From Ophelia neglecta (Eukaryota): a stretch of 64,000 nucleotides of DNA. The stretch covers positions 27,280,001 through 27,344,000 of the forward strand of contig OZ260665.1 in NCBI GenBank assembly GCA_965285935.1. The letters are read 5' to 3'. How positions within the stretch are numbered: position 1 is the first letter of the stretch; the number at the start of each line of letters is the position of its first letter. A program made the translations under genes and the position numbers. Below the pieces are notes generated by a model. That model was not told the origin of the DNA. It worked only from the letters and a program-made list of their open reading frames with translations, and ran no database searches. This document shows, in pieces, positions 61,130 through 64,000 of the stretch.

Positions 61130-62116
61130 CTGAAACGAAAACCGTCGTGGTTAAATAGGCATCTCTTAAATAGAAAATGGCTTGATAAATTAGAATATCA
61201 CAAGCAAGCCCATGTACAGGCTGTACTGTTCATATGGAGTTTTAGAATAGTCATTGTAGACATTTCATAGCCTTCCTGGCCGGGCCAATATATTAGGAAC
61301 CGAGAGTAGACCCACCAAGCATCTTGATTTTAACGAATAATTTCGACAAATAGTCTTAAAGTTCATATCAAGCCAAGCTAATTAGAACCAATTCCTTTGG
61401 TGTATCAACAAACATCCTTATTTCAGGGTTTTGTGCAGATCTCCCAATTCTTAATTTCTCGTGTTTGGCCGCCCTGGTGTAAAGTAGTGGAATAGTGGCC
61501 ATGTTTATACCTTTCTTGGTAAGAGAAGGGGCGGGACCCCCCCCCCCTCTCCCCCTCCCTTATTATAATAATCCGCGTCATCATGCCTTAGTGGCTAAGG
61601 GGGAGGGAAGGAGCCCCCCCCCCCAACCCCCCCCCCCCCACTTGTAATATGCGTTGGTGGCTAAGGGGAGGGACCGTAGCCCCTCATTCCCCACAGGGGA
61701 GGGTAACCAAGGTATATTACAGGCCAAGTCACTCGGATAGTTATCCCAGAGTCATTTTCAGTATGATAATGTATGTAGATTTCTGTATTGATACTGTTAT
61801 TGTAGAACAGGCATCACTGCAAATGTTTTTTATAAAGACCTGTTCTACCAGGGTTTGTTTTATGACACATTCTGCTTACCAAGGGTACGGTTTCTGTCAA
61901 ATTTCCAAACCAATGACATTGTTTTTGAACAGCCAGCTGCCCACATTTTTGCAAAAGATTTTAGCCCTTATTTATAACCCCCCCCCCCCCCCTGGCTGTA
62001 TACATCGAAATACTGCCGATTTTCGAAGTAGTATAGCCAAAAGTAGCAGATCGAAAACAACTGTGAGCAGTGTATCAAAGTGACTGCTGGTGATAACCAG
62101 CCAACCCACTACTCAC

Positions 62117-62208
62117 TCGATACCAGAAATGTTAACTACGCACAGTTTATCGATGTGCAAGAGAAAGGAGACTGAAAGGACTCGAGTCATGAGCTAACTA
62201 CTTTAATA
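62117..62208 (-). promoter_or_regulatory. Candidate core promoter and non-coding first exon of the 217-aa gene
   Basis: On the - strand: TATTAAA (62208-62202), Inr TCAGT (A at 62173) about 30 nt downstream, donor CGA|gtgagt at 62116; implies a 987-nt 5'UTR intron. Confidence 0.4.
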
Positions 62209-62807
62209 ATTTGGAAAGTTGGTCTGTTGGAATGATACAATCAACTTATTATCTACACATGTCACTTTATTGGCAATCATAAAGAGGAAACTATATCTGT
62301 TATGTTACATTTTTATTCTACATTCAATTACTTTACAATTAGTAATTAAAGCTCTAGGTTATTCTTATTCTATTTTGACAAATTATTAGGGCCTACGGTG
62401 AATGATTAATGATTTAAAATGAAATATATTTCAATCTGATATCCTTTTACAAGAAATAAAGAGGTTTTTATATGAATATATAAACTAACGATACCATTCG
62501 AAATATATTTAGCAGAATACAGACAAGTATCGCATCAATGAAATAAATAGGTCCTTTGCGAAAGTAACAAATATATACAAACAAAGTTGTTTACTTTCTA
62601 TTTGCTAGAATCTATAAAAATGCCACCTATCTGACATAGCCTAGTACGATTATCGCGTGTTAACAAAGTGGAATTGATCTATATTAGAATTTGATAATAA
62701 TAAAGAATGGTAGCTGGTCAATGTTCATATTTTGAAAATAACGTGAAGCAGAATATAAGCTTCTTTCTGTTTTTTTCTTTACCCGGTATATTGTTTAATG
62801 ATGAATC

Positions 62808-63010
62808 GTAGCCCATAGTTTTTATCGTGATTTATTGTTTGACTTGTCACGTGTCCTGGAAGTCGTAGTAGTCGTAGCCTACTGTTTATCCTTGTGATTT
62901 ATCGTTTGATTTAAGGTCACCTGTCCTGGAAGTCGTAGTAGTCGTAGCCTACCGTTTATTCTCATGATTTATCGTTTGACTTGGTATCACGTGCGCTAGT
63001 AGTCGTTGTA
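62808..63010. repeat. 70-bp tandem repeat spanning the stop codon and 3'UTR of the 258-aa gene
   Basis: TCAC...GTCGTAG units recur at 62847, 62917 and 62987. Confidence 0.85.
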
Positions 63011-63772
63011 ACCGTAAGTGTTGCGCCTAGGGGCGTAGTCGTAGCCAATACGAGGGTTGTAGTGGACATCACAAGGCCCTGGTTCGGGCTCGTCGTAGTC
63101 ACAGCCGTGGACCTCACAACAGTCGTCCTGGGGCGGTGGCAGGTACCGAGGCTGGGATCTTACCCGGGGCAAGGGCTCGTAGTCGTTGTCACACCCGTGG
63201 ATTTCACAGCATTCCTCCTGGGGCGGTGGGAGGGGCCTTGGCCGTGGTAGGGGCCGTGGCTGGGCACGAGGTAGCGGCCTGTAAACCGGCTCCAGAGCGC
63301 AGTCGCAATCATCAAAGTCTTCATCATATCCGTAACCGCCCCTGTCGTCATCACAGCCGCACCCACCACCACGACCTCTTCTCCGGCAAGAGTCGTTCTC
63401 ATCCCTGCACTGGCACTTCCTCCGGGGTGCGGGCACTTCTTTGTAGATGATTTCTGGCTGCGAAGGCACTTCTTTGTAGATGATTTTTGGCTGCGAAGGC
63501 ACTTCCTTGTAGACGATTTTTGGTGGACAGGGCTTCTCGACCACCACCACATTCGTCTCTGGTGGAGGTTGGGGAGGGTGGAGGACCACAGGTGCTGGGG
63601 GCGGCGGTTGGTAGACTACCGGCGCTGGATTCTCCTCCCACACAGCTTCGACCTGGGGGACAGGCCGGGGCTGGAGGACCTCGACGGACGCGGGATCAGG
63701 CTGGTCGCTCGGTAGAAAGTGGTAGTCCGATCCCCGATTAGGGTTGATCGGAGTCACCTGGTGGTACGCCAT
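62996..63772 (-). CDS. Uncharacterised 258-aa Pro/Cys/Tyr-rich repeat protein (MAYHQVTP...; 3x KI(V/I)YKEVP-type repeats; 2x PPPQxxCCExHGCD)
   Basis: The true start is probably ATG 63772, directly after the acceptor gttacccttcacag; the 14 extra N-terminal residues in the ORF track look intronic. GC-rich coding bias; no signal peptide. Confidence 0.85.
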   Translation of the reverse strand: MAYHQVTPINPNRGSDYHFLPSDQPDPASVEVLQPRPVPQVEAVWEENPAPVVYQPPPPAPVVLHPPQPPPETNVVVVEKPCPPKIVYKEVPSQPKIIYKEVPSQPEIIYKEVPAPRRKCQCRDENDSCRRRGRGGGCGCDDDRGGYGYDEDFDDCDCALEPVYRPLPRAQPRPLPRPRPLPPPQEECCEIHGCDNDYEPLPRVRSQPRYLPPPQDDCCEVHGCDYDEPEPGPCDVHYNPRIGYDYAPRRNTYGYNDY

Positions 63773-64000
63773 CTGTGAAGGGTAACGACAAAACTTTAGG
63801 TCTACTGTAAACACAGGTCGGGTCAGTTTGGTAGGCTAGATTTCGGCGTATCTACTCCAAAATATCACGCTCTTTTTTGCCAAATGACAAAGATTACTTG
63901 TAGCCGAAAGACACTGTTCACCACTGACACGCCGTGCTTTGTTATACAGTAAGATCAAGCCTTGTCGTGACACTTTGGAAAGATGGCCCAAACCTACCCA

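Noticed and set aside
60372-61158. Overlapping ORFs 60379..61158(+), 60507..60923(+), 60574..61083(-) and 60372..60725(-)
   Set aside because: Shadow ORFs of the GC-rich Cys-repeat gene; only 60476..61129(-) has coherent repeats and a splice acceptor at its ATG.
12882-61640. Scattered long poly-G/poly-C runs as G-quadruplex elements
   Set aside because: Simple homopolymers, common in such genomes, with no consistent positional pattern.
62981-63741. Alternative-frame and antisense ORFs over the Pro/Cys-rich gene
   Set aside because: Shadow frames of a GC-rich repetitive CDS.

Overview
Eukaryotic (animal) genomic DNA, AT-rich and intron-dominated; probably a lophotrochozoan/mollusc (inference from a MetaSINE-like repeat and the protein sequence). 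About 56 kb of the window is the + strand Rbfox (Fox-1/A2BP1) splicing-factor locus. Ten frame-consistent coding exons (31995-52716) give a 315-aa core protein from ATG 31998, with a canonical Fox RRM and a C-terminal RFAPY PY-NLS. A 3'UTR of about 3.6 kb follows, and a long 5' region holds several candidate alternative N-terminal exons and a textbook recursive-splice (AG|GT) site. The Rbfox introns carry what looks like an autoregulatory splicing circuit: UGCAUG motifs sit on both splice sites of the 93-nt RRM exon, with candidate poison exons and a candidate NLS-removing cassette exon. The 5' region also has two intact non-autonomous DNA transposons (5-bp and 8-bp TSDs) and minisatellites. 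Downstream on the - strand are two tandem single-coding-exon genes for signal-peptide-less Cys/Gly/Tyr- and Pro/Cys-rich repeat proteins with identical AG|ATG-GCN-TAC starts, a possible uncharacterised structural or metal-binding gene cluster. All exon models are read from sequence only; no expression data or database search was available.
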